Counted from the whole stretch's first letter, positions 11,226 through 23,267 are shown. The stretch is DNA of 63,399 nucleotides, filler included, from Aduncisulcus paluster (GCA_024181965.1; 11 parts of 11 records of this genome joined end to end with filler, not necessarily neighbours in it), one strand, 5' to 3'. Numbers and translations: made by a program. Notes: generated by a model from the sequence alone, not told the origin.

Positions 11226-13316
11226 TTATTCCTCCTCTCCTTCAATCATACCAATGACCTCAAGGATGGACTCTTTTTCATTGACATATTCCAGTTTTCC
11301 AGCTGAAATAATTGATGAAATTCCAGTATTTCCAGACAATACATCAGAGTTAGGTCCATATTTAAGGGTAACATATTGGTTTGTTTCGAATAGATAATGG
11401 ATATGAAATCTAGAAGCACCCCAAGTAGAATCTATAATAATTGGTTCCCAATCCGGAGTGAACACAGCTGCATATGCATGTCCAGTCTCCTTATCAGTAG
11501 AATCCGAATCAAAAGATACAGAAATACCAGAGAAACTTGAGGCAGGAATTCCCATACTTTTCAACAAAGCTGAAGTGAGAATGGAATAATCTTCACATTT
11601 TCCAAAGAAATTATTTTCAAACACCCTCTCCACCGACAGAGGTCCGAAATCCAATTCCTTTGTGTAATGCATAATTCCCACAACATATGAATAAACTGCT
11701 CGAACCCTCTCTTCAATAGAAGAAGGATCAGAAACATCGGATAAGATCATATTTCTAATTGAAATGAGCGTCGAATTTGATAAATCTGTGAATTCCGATG
11801 ACTCTGTAAAACTAATATAACGAGGATCATTCAAATCATAATCATCCATCGAATATTGTTGGAAATCTCTCATAGAATACCTGTTTGATTTCTTGCGAAC
11901 AATGGCCCTGACTTTTAATTCATTCTCACCTTCTTGAATAGGATATCCAAGTATTTCGACTGTGATGAATGTAGATCCAAGATTATCAACAATTTTCTCA
12001 AAGGGAATCAACACATCATTAAACATCACTTCAATGGACAATAATTCTTGGGTATTATATTCTTGAGGAATCTCAAGGGTCAAGGAGAGTTTAATCTTAT
12101 CAATTGAAAAATGTTCTTGTGGAGAAATATCAAAGTGTCTTGTATACCAATATTCATACTCAACTATCGAGGATTCATGCAACCTTTTGTAACTATCATT
12201 ATATGCTGCACCTGAGAAGTGATGTATTGTATTGTGCTTATATTCAAGGGCAGCCTCTCTCATGTTTCCTTCAAGCATAAAAATATCTCCAATATCCCGA
12301 TGAAGAAATTCCTCGTCATCTTGTAGGAAGGAGTAGCGAGCAAATTGTTTAACAACTGGGAAATATTTTGTGTCATTTGCAGTTAATACTGCATTTGAGA
12401 ATCTACTAGCTAGAACAGGAACGTTTGAATCGACAAGATGATTTATCATCACATATTGAACAGCTTGAATGAGTAATGCAATTTTTTCATCTCCAGAATA
12501 CTCATTTTCCAATGAAAGATAAGAATACAGAATATTCTTTTGAGAAACTTTTGAATCGTGATAGATCAATGAAGCTTTATAGTAAGAAATGGCCTTCTCA
12601 TAATCATCTTCCACATATCCCATTGAAAAAAGGGAATAGTACATCTGATANNNNNNNNNNNNNNNNNNNNAATCGACAAGATGATTTTTCCTCACATATT
12701 GAACAGCTTGAATGAGTAATGCAATTTTTTCATCTCCAGAATACTCATTTTCCAATGAAAGATAAGAATACAGAATATTCTTTTGAGAAACTTTTGAATC
12801 GTGATAGATCAATGAAGCTTTATAGTAAGAAATGGCCTTCTCATAATCATCTTCCACATATCCCATTGAAAAAAGGGAATAGTACATCTGATAATCAATA
12901 TCATCCTTGATACAACCACAATTTTTTGCATATGTCAAATACTTCAATCCCTGTTCATAATCATCAGCAAAAGTATACGAACAGCCCAATAAATAAAGAG
13001 ATAGGCCATCATCATCATATTTTTCCACAATATTTAAAAACAAAGGAATTGCTTTTGCAAAATCCCCTTGGTTATAGAAACCCACACCAGAATTAAAATT
13101 GGCGATATAATCATCTTGATATTCTGCAATAGTTAAAGGGCGTTCAAATGTAGGAAAAGAAAATTCAAAGGGTTTTATATTTGGAAATAACAAAAATGAT
13201 TCTGAAATCTCGGGAAATTCCTCAATCTCAACATCACACGTTTTCTCACAAAATACAGAGCCAAAACAAATTAAAATAGATAAAAGGCTAATAAAAACAC
13301 AAATGGAGACTTTCAT
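11226..13316 (-). CDS. Secreted TPR plus transglutaminase-like (TGc) protein; includes an artefactual duplication at the 12651-12670 gap
   Basis: Signal peptide, TPR-like helices, and Cys-His-Asp triad GKCEDYSILTSALLKSMGIPA / GHAYAAV / IIIDSTW. Confidence 0.8.
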   Translation of the reverse strand: MKVSICVFISLLSILICFGSVFCEKTCDVEIEEFPEISESFLLFPNIKPFEFSFPTFERPLTIAEYQDDYIANFNSGVGFYNQGDFAKAIPLFLNIVEKYDDDGLSLYLLGCSYTFADDYEQGLKYLTYAKNCGCIKDDIDYQMYYSLFSMGYVEDDYEKAISYYKASLIYHDSKVSQKNILYSYLSLENEYSGDEKIALLIQAVQYVRKNHLVDXXXXXXXYQMYYSLFSMGYVEDDYEKAISYYKASLIYHDSKVSQKNILYSYLSLENEYSGDEKIALLIQAVQYVMINHLVDSNVPVLASRFSNAVLTANDTKYFPVVKQFARYSFLQDDEEFLHRDIGDIFMLEGNMREAALEYKHNTIHHFSGAAYNDSYKRLHESSIVEYEYWYTRHFDISPQEHFSIDKIKLSLTLEIPQEYNTQELLSIEVMFNDVLIPFEKIVDNLGSTFITVEILGYPIQEGENELKVRAIVRKKSNRYSMRDFQQYSMDDYDLNDPRYISFTESSEFTDLSNSTLISIRNMILSDVSDPSSIEERVRAVYSYVVGIMHYTKELDFGPLSVERVFENNFFGKCEDYSILTSALLKSMGIPASSFSGISVSFDSDSTDKETGHAYAAVFTPDWEPIIIDSTWGASRFHIHYLFETNQYVTLKYGPNSDVLSGNTGISSIISAGKLEYVNEKESILEVIGMIEGEEE

Positions 13317-13623
13317 CTCAGCAATATTGTCGCAAAAAAAACAAACAAACAGCGAAAAATGTTGGTTCTACCTCAACGCGTTATTCTGCATCGAAAAACA
13401 CAATAAACCATTTGAAATTGAGAAACAGAATATTTAACAAATAGAAGAATCCAAATGAGTTTCGATCAAAGTGAATACAAGAGACTATTCCTCAACAAAA
13501 AAATTGAAGGAGAAAAAGATCATATTTTTGAATTTACTCAGAAAATTTGAGCGAAGAAGGAATTAGAGAATTATATTGCTTAAGGAGTAGTTCGAGCGAA
13601 AATCGTACTAAAATCTAATACTG

Positions 13624-13723
13624 NNNNNNNNNNNNNNNNNNNNNNNNNNNNNNNNNNNNNNNNNNNNTTAATTAATTAANNNNNNNNNNNNNNNNNNNNN
13701 NNNNNNNNNNNNNNNNNNNNNNN
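13624..13723. other. Artificial contig linker 44N-TTAATTAATTAA-44N; also at 16849, 19243, 30455, 32870, 35384, 39419, 42008, 56531 and 61397
   Basis: Identical 100-nt spacer with stops in all six frames, repeated 10 times. Confidence 0.99.
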
Positions 13724-13833
13724 AAATTCAAAAACCTACGATATCACTTTCCATGATTGTCACATTGTCAATCTGGGGTGAAATAGCACAAAGCTCAGTA
13801 TTAAATGTATCAGATGATCAGGATCTGGCATTG

Positions 13834-13877
13834 AAGTTGGAGTTGGAGTTGGAGTTGGAGTTGGAGTTGGAGTTGGA
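13834..13877. repeat. (GAGTTG)n hexamer microsatellite
   Basis: About 7 tandem copies of gagttg. Confidence 0.9.
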
Positions 13878-14448
13878 TTTGACTGCGGGGAAATGTCATG
13901 TTCCATGAAGCATCAGGGGATTAGATTCGTAGCAGTATACAGACATATGTATAGCATCGTATTCCGAGTTCTTGATATTTTTGATTGTAAGCAAAAGCAA
14001 GTGAAAATGAACAGAAAGGCAAGGATAAGGATAGAAATGAAATGGAAATATATCCATGTTATTGAATAGCATTGAAATCGTTCATAAATGTTCTTAACAC
14101 GTGAAATGGAACTATATCCAGTCCTGAGGGTTCTCCAAAAGCCTGAGATATCGAGAATAAACACCATGGCATGGAAATGGAAATAAAACATGTTTTTATC
14201 ATTTACCAGCATTTAACTCGTTTATATGTATTTTTTTTTAATTTCCAATCTTATCTATTGAAGAGTTGCTTGTTCAGTCTGTTGGCGGCAGAGCGCCGAT
14301 GTCCATTTTTTCTTGGCAAACGAGCAAATTGTATGTTTACTATATGTCACATCTTTTATTAAATGTATATTAAGAAATATTTTAACAGGATTCATTCATT
14401 ATTCTGCTCGTTTTTACTTTTTATATAAGAAGTTCTATCTCTATTCAA

Positions 14449-15552
14449 ATGAGTTCATCCACAGATGCTGTTATTCAAACTGTAGAACCTGAGTTTGTTC
14501 ATGAAGGAGCTGAGAGATGCTGTCCAATTCCTAGAGATGCCACCAATATTAAGAGTGCATCATTTTCAACTATCAAAGCAATTAATGAAACCAAGGAAGA
14601 AGGTGATCGTGAGTACGATCAGAGTTCTAAAGCACAAAAGATGATGAGAGGAGAGGATAATTATGGACAATATACTCATATCTCCATTCCTTTCTCTTCA
14701 ACTTCCCCAATGAAAGGTGCTTATATTTGTCTATATGGTAATTCTTATTATTCACCTCCATCACACCTTATCTTCACTCTCACATCTTCAAAGGGTGATA
14801 AAACATCCAAGAAATACGAATTTCCTGAATTTGAAGGTCATCATTGGTATTTCCTTCCTGTTGATCTCCCTGATGTTGTTCTGTGTGAGATTACAGGGAA
14901 AGGAAGAAGGAAAGAGTATTTTGGAATCCATTCTCTCGTTTTCATAAGAGAAGAAACTCCTGAAGAAATCACATCTCGTGAAGCCAGAGAGAAACTATGG
15001 TCTGAAGCTGCAGTTGTGAAAGCAGAGTTTGTTAAGGAAGGAGATAGAAAATCTGAAGGTAGAGATTCTATTCCCATTCCACGAGATGATCCACATCTTG
15101 TAGATCCTTCATTCTCAATGGTTAAGTGCAAGAATGATGCGTATAGTAAGGAATCTTGGTTGTATGATCAGAGTTCAAGAGCACAAAGAATGTTAAAAGG
15201 GGAATGTGTTATTACCTTATCCCATCTTTCTATCCCTTTCCCATCACCTAGTCCAATGAAAGGTTCTTATATCTGTGTTCATCAGCGTTGGAGTTCACCC
15301 TCTCTTCTCTTCACTTTCACTGATTGTGATGGTACGAAGACATCCAAGAAGTATGAATTCACAAGACCTGAATATTTATATGAATGGCACTTCCTTCCTA
15401 TTGATTTGGATAACATCATATTGTGTGAGATTGAAGGGAAAGGAAAGTGGGATGATAAGAATAGTCGACATTTCTGGATACACTCCCTTGTATTTACTAT
15501 GCCCGATGAAACCATTGCAGCTGAACGATTATCTCTACTTCCATGGAAATAA
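14449..15552 (+). CDS. Hypothetical protein of two tandem ~180-aa homologous domains
   Basis: Internal repeat: EFVHEG..PIPRD..YDQSSKAQKMMRGE..HISIPF..SPMKGAYIC..KTSKKYEF..WYFLPVDL..LCEITGKG..IHSLVF recurs in the second half. Confidence 0.85.
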   Translation: MSSSTDAVIQTVEPEFVHEGAERCCPIPRDATNIKSASFSTIKAINETKEEGDREYDQSSKAQKMMRGEDNYGQYTHISIPFSSTSPMKGAYICLYGNSYYSPPSHLIFTLTSSKGDKTSKKYEFPEFEGHHWYFLPVDLPDVVLCEITGKGRRKEYFGIHSLVFIREETPEEITSREAREKLWSEAAVVKAEFVKEGDRKSEGRDSIPIPRDDPHLVDPSFSMVKCKNDAYSKESWLYDQSSRAQRMLKGECVITLSHLSIPFPSPSPMKGSYICVHQRWSSPSLLFTFTDCDGTKTSKKYEFTRPEYLYEWHFLPIDLDNIILCEIEGKGKWDDKNSRHFWIHSLVFTMPDETIAAERLSLLPWK

Positions 15553-16281
15553 TCCGATAATACTGATATTTTCTGCAAAGAAGGACAATGTTCTTTTTTC
15601 CCCTTGCGTCTGTCGCGTGTCAGTCTTCTCAGAAATAGTCGTTTGTCAGATGTCTGATATGAATGCACATGAGATACTGATTCAGTATACTATACTGAAC
15701 ATTATAATAATATCATATTATGCATATGATATGCAGATGTCGATTGGAGATGTTAGAGCTATTGAAGAAAACACAAACAATGTTTGTCAAATATGATATC
15801 TTTCTGGTGTCACCTGGAGTACAGGACATGGTGACTTAAGTTCCTCCAAGGCATATTCACATTTATGCAACCTATACTTGCTCAGCAGTGAATGTTATGA
15901 TCTATTAATAGACAAATGGTCTATAAATAGACGAATGATCGATAAGTCATCGTGTTGATCCGAAGTAAATTTATAATATGGCTGTAAGCAAATTTATTCC
16001 TTGTTCCATGTTCGCGCCAAATAGAGATACAAAAACTCTAGTTTTCAAAACACAAAAAGCTTGACCTTCCGAACATCGAGTTAAGACGTTATAACGAAGT
16101 ATAAATGTTAATTATAATATCAGATTATAATTATAAAATAAAATAAATAAAGATTTATATTCTGTCATCCATAGACCCATGACATTACCTTCCTTCTCGA
16201 AGCAAAAGCTTGTTCCTTATAGACAACATATATGATGGAATATAAATAAAAATACTACTGTCAATAACAAAAAAATAAATT

Positions 16282-16521
16282 TTACACCTTCTTCTTACGA
16301 CCAGGCTTCTTCTTACGAGGATGTTTCACCTCAAACTGAATAACATCGTTCAAAGCTTCATTATGTTCAATCAAATAATGTTCCAAAGGAATAGATCCTA
16401 TAACCCGATCAATCGATAACCATTTCTCAGTTCCATCCAAGAAGACTGCCAAAAAATAGGGAGTATTTCTTTCCCTTTTGTGATCTATCACCTTTTCAAC
16501 AGGCCAAGACCGACAATCCAT
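16282..16521 (-). CDS. Small stand-alone chromodomain-like ORF with basic tail
   Basis: WPVEKVIDHKRERNTPYFLAVFLDGTEKWL resembles the chromo fold; ends KKKPGRKKKV. Confidence 0.5.
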   Translation of the reverse strand: MDCRSWPVEKVIDHKRERNTPYFLAVFLDGTEKWLSIDRVIGSIPLEHYLIEHNEALNDVIQFEVKHPRKKKPGRKKKV

Positions 16522-16536
16522 TCCTCGAATTAATTT

Positions 16537-16848
16537 TGTTGGCGGCGGCTGGGCACCGGCAGGCCGGTGATTATCGGTGCATCAGTATTATAGTAAATTG
16601 TATCACGTTACGGATTGACCTGAAAAGTTTTATTGGTTATTATGGTTTACATCAACCACAAAATGCATTTTCACGATAGCAAACCAACGGTTTCTGTACC
16701 TGTAGAAACGAATTCCGAAACTGCGTCTAAACTCGTCGGGGCTTGCCCCAAAGGTGAATTATCTCAAAGAGATAATGGTGTATTAAACGGCGAACACAAG
16801 TTCACCAAGTTTATGGACTCAAAGAGCCCATTGGAGTTAATCAGAGAT
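16537..16848 (+). mobile_element. Possible 5' end of an LTR element: GC-rich TG..CA segment, PBS-like motif and an ORF running off the contig
   Basis: TGTTG...CATCA (16537-16584) with hairpin CACCGG-CAGG-CCGGTG, then TATTATAGTAAATTGT identical to 54108-54123, then an open frame to the contig end. Confidence 0.35.
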
Positions 16849-16948
16849 NNNNNNNNNNNNNNNNNNNNNNNNNNNNNNNNNNNNNNNNNNNNTTAATTAA
16901 TTAANNNNNNNNNNNNNNNNNNNNNNNNNNNNNNNNNNNNNNNNNNNN

Positions 16949-19242
16949 CATTCACAATTCCTGGTGAAAAATGATCCATGGCTAATTTGTGCTGCTTTGA
17001 TGGATCACACCCAATAAAGACCATTCCAGGCGTGTCCGTTACTCCAAGCCACCTTTCAAATTCTCCACAAACGCACAAGGAAAGAACCTCACGAGTGGGA
17101 GTGAGTGTAGGGATCACAGACACATGAGGTGCCGGGAGGAGATGTGATGGAGTGTGAGGAAGGGTATGTAGCAGAGTATTGGAGGGTAGTCTAAACATCC
17201 TGATGGTGTCAATTGTATAAAAGATACCTTCGCAAGTGTGGATAGTGTTTAAAAGAATTCGCAATAGAACAGATCCAATAGCATAATCAGGCTGAATATC
17301 ACGAGGACTTGTAGGGATTGGAATATCTTCCTGACCATTCTTGTTGTCCCGTTTTCTATTACCATGCAAAGAGGAGGATAGGCTTGGCGAGGAGATAGAA
17401 AAGCCCCAAGTCATGGCCTTTTGTTCAAGAGAAATAGTTGGGATTTTGATACCTCGTTGAGTTCGAGATTCTGCAGATACATTCCCTTCCATGCCTGCAA
17501 GTTCTCGTTCCCTTCTTTCACTCTCTTCAAGATCAAACTTCTTTTTCTCAGCCAAGGATTGCTTCTTTTCTCTCAATTTACCTTCCTCGACTCGTCCAAA
17601 CAAGAATATATTTCGCTCGGATTGCACTTCTTCACGGAAAACCAGAGTTTTGAAGGTTTCAACTTCTGACTCTTCCAATTCTTCAATAACACGAATGAGA
17701 GAAGATGAAATGGCACTCGGAGGCATATCAAACACACCAATAGAGGTATCAACAGGAATATTCATGAAATGAGATGGCAGATGGGTCATCCTAATCGAAT
17801 TCCAATGCTCTTCACGATGTTTAAAGCTCTTGTATAACTCAATAAGCCAAATGACAGGCGGTGTAACCAACAATGGAGGAGTTAGAAAATCAGATGAATG
17901 TTTTGGAGGAACCTGATTTTGAACACCCTTTGATTTGTCATGGCTTGACCGACCATGTTTCCCACGATGATGATGATGCTCAGACTTTGATGATGAAGAT
18001 TTATGGGAAGAAGAATGTCGGGAATATCGTGAACCATAGTCACCATGGTCTTTTGAAGAAGAGGAACTTGCTCTTCGAGTAGATTTTGACCCTCCCTTCC
18101 AACCCTCTCTCGTCCTTCTTGGAAATTGTTCTTGATCAACACCATCGAGACTACACATGCTCACGACATCAGAAAAGACATCTTCCTTGTCGGCATTACC
18201 ATTGAAATCATCGTCTCTGCTTGACTCAGATGGGGCACCTATAGTATCGTCAATTGAGTGAGCATTCACAAAGGAAGTCGAGGAAGACACAGAGTTGGTC
18301 CGCTTAGAAATAGAAGAAGTGTAACCTTTTTGATTCGATGAACTCTTTCTTTTGTCCTGAACTCGTCCATTTGAGCTATCAGAAGATGGACCATTGGTTT
18401 TCATACTCCCTTCACCGCCTTCCGTCTTCATCCACCTTCCAGCGACACACAAACCTGCTTTCCACACAGGTTTGCTGAACATCTGGGGCTGAGAATCACC
18501 TTCAATTGAGCTGGAATTAGAAGACTGAGGTTGAGATGCAACCAAATTTCTTGAATACCCCTGTTTATCTCTCTCTTTCCGTTCTCTCTCTTTCCGTTCT
18601 CCAATCACACGCGAAATGAGGGTCGATTTACCACAACCAACACTTCCAACGACAATAACCTCACACACATGTTTCACGGGGAGTCGATGGGAAGTAAGAG
18701 ATAATAATAGATCACTGAGAATGTTTGCAATGGAAACTTTATGACTAGAAGAACTCTTACGTCCATGGTGAGATTTGTGTCCTTTCCGCCCACGTTTCCT
18801 TTCCTTTTCAAGAGATTTCTCCTTTTCAAGTCTTCGAAGCATCGTGCACATTCCAATTCGAACAGGCATAGTTTTAGCAACTAAAAATAGATATTTCTGT
18901 TCATCATGAAATGACAAAAATGGTGCAATATGTGCCACAGGAATATGATCATGAGGGGAATCCTGACAAGACGCATGTAAAGAGTCGAGTAATTCCTTTT
19001 CACGAGACCAGACCCAATCTTTAATATCTGATGGAAGTCTGGATGCAAATGCAGTCACGGAATAAGGATCTGTCAGAGGTAATAAACCTTTTCTTCCTTC
19101 TCGTTTCCCTTTTTCACCACAGGTTCCCATCCCATCGCAATCAGCCTGAGAAATCCTACAACTAGAAGAAGATTTACACCCAACACTGCCACATCCACTA
19201 GCACATTGTGATACCCACGTGGCCACAGCGAGAAGGATTCGT
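16949..19242 (-). CDS. Internal fragment of a large Ser-rich protein with a P-loop
   Basis: Frame open across the whole contig; Walker A-like VIVVGSVGCGKSTLI. Confidence 0.7.
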
Positions 19243-19342
19243 NNNNNNNNNNNNNNNNNNNNNNNNNNNNNNNNNNNNNNNNNNNNTTAATTAATTAANN
19301 NNNNNNNNNNNNNNNNNNNNNNNNNNNNNNNNNNNNNNNNNN

Positions 19343-20803
19343 CTTAGTCCTGTGGGCATGCTGTGCCATGATAGGAGCAGCATGTCGCTTTATAACCCTT
19401 CCACTACTATCAACCATGCTTGTATAAACCTCTTCGCCTTCTTTCTCCTCCTCTTTCCTCGAACGACGTTTACCACTTGCCAAGGCCAAGGAATCATCAT
19501 CCTCATCACTCTCTTCCTCATCCTTCTCCCTACGATCCTCTTCCTCCTCATCAACGTCAGCATCCTTGTTATCTTGAGCCTCGTCCAGCTCCTCCTGCCG
19601 CCTGGCATCCTCCAGCGCCTTATCTTCGGCAAGAACATCCTCAATAGCATCCTCTTCGGCCATTGTCTCCACAACACTCATTCCCATGTTGGTCTGCTCA
19701 CTCATATCAATGGAAAGCTTATTATCCTGATCGGCTTCATCGAATGCAGATCCATACCCAACAATGTCAAATTTATCCTGAACAGTGAAATCATCCTTCG
19801 TTTTTATGGTCTCTGCATCAACAAATTCATCATTAGCCCCTTCAGTATCACGAACACGACGTGAAAGAGAAGCCTGACGAAAAGCAGAGGACATAGTTTT
19901 GAAATGCCGTAAATCATCATCTTTAAGGCCGGATATTATAGAAGACCGCTGTTCTTCATCAGTGTCGGCAAGATATTTCAGAAAATCAAGGACAGCTGGA
20001 ACATCCCTAATATCAATTCCAGCCCGACCATACATTTCTGGAGAAAATTCATACCCAACTTCAGCCTCCATTTCTTCACGTGCAGCTTTAAGTTCCTCTG
20101 TGTCTTCGGCAATTTGTAGGAAATTACTCGATTGAGACCCAACCACCACCTTTGAAATGAATTCGGACGAAACGTCACGAACTCCAAAAGTAACACCAGT
20201 TTCCCTTTCTTCTTCATCTTTATCATAATTTTTACGGCTAGATGTGGCCTGTCTTGCTTTCATTTCCGCAAGAACACGCCTTTTCTCAATATCATCTTCC
20301 TCTTTCATTTTCTTCTCTCTTGCTCTTCGAATTTGTTGAAACGAAGCTAACTCTTCTGTTTGTGGATCACCATCTCTCAATTCTCGAAGAAGTTTTTCAT
20401 TTCGAATCAGCTTCTTAAGCTCTTGAAAATCTTTATAATATTCCGCGTAGGAATAGCGGGCGCCTCGTTTGACCCTTACTTTATCAACTTTATATGCCAA
20501 ATTAATTGGACTAGCTTTGAAACACTTTGCTTCAGCATCAAAAGCCATAATAAACACTGATTTTCCACTATTATCTTTCCTCCCTTCAAATATTTGTGCT
20601 TCTTCCTTATTATTTGTGATCAATGTCATTCTATGAGCATAACCAATACCATGGTCCTCCTCGTAACTCTCTCCAGGAAGTGGAGCAAAACCACAAAAAG
20701 TTTGTAAAGATCTCCCCAAGGCTTCGTCAAACGCATCATCAACAGTCAACAACGAATATACTTCTTCAGATGAAGAAAAAATAATTGGATATTCCTCTTC
20801 CAT
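19343..20803 (-). CDS. Acidic protein, 3'-partial; candidate TFIIF large subunit (RAP74/Tfg1)
   Basis: Segment IFEGRKDNSGKSVFIMAFDAEAKCFKASPINLAYKV..RYSYAEYYKDF resembles the RAP74 N-terminal domain; long acidic region follows. Confidence 0.4.
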
Positions 20804-21248
20804 CTTCGATTGGGTGACAAACTACCTAACTTATTTTTTCCTGCAATAGGGATTAGCCTCAAGTGTTATTATTTATATCATGTTCTTGTTTTAGTATTAC
20901 ATGATATTATACCGTATTTTTATCCTCATTAAATAATTGGAAGCATGATTTCCCCTTTTCACCTTCGTTGAAGATGTTTTTTCGCAAAACTAGTGATATC
21001 ATCCAAATAATACCACATTTAGATTTACTAATGGATATAAATATCTTCAAATGACTTTTGTTTAAAGACTGTTGTTTTGTCATCCCCAAATCTCATCAAA
21101 TTATCAAAATAGTTGATATTAATATTTATTTTTCTTTAATTATTGGCATTTTATTTATATTCAATCATTTTTCAAAGTTATTTCATTGAGTAGTCAATGC
21201 GCTGGGGAAATCTCCGATTGTTCCCCGTTTGTGGAATTTCTTCCGACA

Positions 21249-23267
21249 ATGGTTCCTTTAATGGCTTCTATCAGTGGAATAAGAGGGATAGTTAACCATT
21301 CCCTCACCCCAATGGTTGTGTCTCAGTGGATTGTTGCTTTTTGTCGTTATATTCAATCCTTGTATCCTTCGATAGGTTCGATTATCATTGGACGTGATTC
21401 ACGACCTTCAGGTTCTTCTATTGTTGAATTAGTCCGATCAATCATTGAAGCAGAGGGCCTTGATGTGATAGATGTCGGAGTTGTTCCAACTCCTACTGTT
21501 CAAGTTTGTGTCCTAGAAATGAATAGATTGGGTTCTTTCCCACTCTATGATGAAGCATATCAGCCTTATTCGGAAAAATCTTTCTCAATTAATCCAAAAT
21601 CTGTTGTATGTTGTGGTATTATTATCACCGCTTCACATAATCCATTAGGGTGGAATGGCATTAAAATGGTGGATGCATCAAGCTTATTTATTCATAAAAA
21701 AATGTTTGATGCGATTCATTCACTTAAAAATTCCATCTTTGCTTTCCAAAACCCTAGATCCTTCGGTATTCTTCCGTCTTCAGAAATCAGTGAAACCGAC
21801 CTAATATCAGTGAAAGACCTTGATGAAGCCGCGAGTGTTGTGAGTACTACTGTTACTCTCAGTGATGTTGATGAAGATAGTGTTTCATTCAGTCCTCTGA
21901 CATCCCATCCCCAATTCAAATTCCGACTCCCCAATCGGTTTGATCTCCATGAGCATGAATCTAAACTTGTTGATGATGTCAAAAAACCAACTCTTTCGGA
22001 AGTAGATGAAACAGAAGCAGAAATTGAAAGACGTGATGAGAAGGATATAACAAAATTAATAATTCAAACAGAACATGAAAGCAAACCTAGAGTATCCGAA
22101 TCATCTTTCCGAATGGTCTCAAAAAGTTCATTTATATCCATGTCAGTAAGTGAGAAATCTCTTATATATACATTTAAGACAGCATCCGCCATTCGAATTC
22201 ACACCGAACGTATCCTTGATGCTCCTGTTGTGAAAAATGCCCTTTCAGTGATTCGTAATGCCAATTTACGTGTTGCTCTTGACTGTGGAAATGGTGCTGG
22301 GGCGGTATTACATAGGGTTTTGCTCCCTGCCATGCGTGTTGTCCCTGCCCTCCTTGTCTTCTTTGAACCTCACGGTATTTTTGAGCGAGCTCCTGAGCCA
22401 ATCCCACGTCATTTAGATCAATTACGTGCCAGTATGTTTGATACTCCCAACCTTGATTTTGGTTATGCCCTTGATCCAGATGCTGATCGATTTGTGATAG
22501 TTGATGAAGAAGGGACTTGTGTCAGTGAAGATAATACATTGGCCATATGTGCTGATTATGTGTTAAATGTGTATCCAGAGTTCCATAAGAAACATCTTCA
22601 GAAGAAAACAGGACACAAAATTGCCGGAAAAGAATCTCACTCTTCTAGCTCTTTTTCCTCAAGTCTTTCTCAGCATGTTGTCAAGAACATGTCAACATCA
22701 AGCCGTATCGATTCCATCTGTCCATCATCAGCAACAATGCACACAACACATGTTGGCGAGATCTATGTTGCTGACCAGATGAGAAAACTTATGGGTGATG
22801 CAGTATGCGGAGATTTCCCAATCATTGGCGGCGAAGGGAATGGAGGAGTATTATTACCCCAAGTCCATCTCGGAAGAGATAGTGGAGTTGCATTTGCTCT
22901 TGTGGCAGCTTGGTTTTCAATTCTAAGAATGAACAACCATAAACTCAAGTTCTCTGAGGCATTAAATGAGCGAATTCCACAACTTGTCATGATTAAACAT
23001 AAAATCGAACTCTCTCCAACCCTGTCTGATATTTCATTTGAGAAAGTTGCAGCAGCTGGAATTGGCAGAATCTGTTCTATGCCAACTTCTTCTCTCGAAA
23101 CAAAGAGAATTGATGGAATTCGAATTGATTGTTCATCTGGATGGGTTCATGTGAGATGTTCAAATACCGAGCCTGTTGTTCGAATTATCGCTGAAGCAGA
23201 GAAAGCTGCCCTTGCCTCCGAAATATGCGAAGGCGCTACTCTCGCCCTATCGATGGCAACAAAATAA
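21249..23267 (+). CDS. Alpha-D-phosphohexomutase (GlmM/PMM-PGM-like)
   Basis: SISGIRG, GRDSR, phosphoserine loop TASHNP, metal loop DPDADR, GGEGNGG, VRCSNTEP. ATG at 21249. Confidence 0.93.
   Translation: MVPLMASISGIRGIVNHSLTPMVVSQWIVAFCRYIQSLYPSIGSIIIGRDSRPSGSSIVELVRSIIEAEGLDVIDVGVVPTPTVQVCVLEMNRLGSFPLYDEAYQPYSEKSFSINPKSVVCCGIIITASHNPLGWNGIKMVDASSLFIHKKMFDAIHSLKNSIFAFQNPRSFGILPSSEISETDLISVKDLDEAASVVSTTVTLSDVDEDSVSFSPLTSHPQFKFRLPNRFDLHEHESKLVDDVKKPTLSEVDETEAEIERRDEKDITKLIIQTEHESKPRVSESSFRMVSKSSFISMSVSEKSLIYTFKTASAIRIHTERILDAPVVKNALSVIRNANLRVALDCGNGAGAVLHRVLLPAMRVVPALLVFFEPHGIFERAPEPIPRHLDQLRASMFDTPNLDFGYALDPDADRFVIVDEEGTCVSEDNTLAICADYVLNVYPEFHKKHLQKKTGHKIAGKESHSSSSFSSSLSQHVVKNMSTSSRIDSICPSSATMHTTHVGEIYVADQMRKLMGDAVCGDFPIIGGEGNGGVLLPQVHLGRDSGVAFALVAAWFSILRMNNHKLKFSEALNERIPQLVMIKHKIELSPTLSDISFEKVAAAGIGRICSMPTSSLETKRIDGIRIDCSSGWVHVRCSNTEPVVRIIAEAEKAALASEICEGATLALSMATK

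Noticed and set aside
13834..13877. Telomere-like repeat
   Set aside because: Short internal GAGTTG run, not a terminal TTAGGG-type array.
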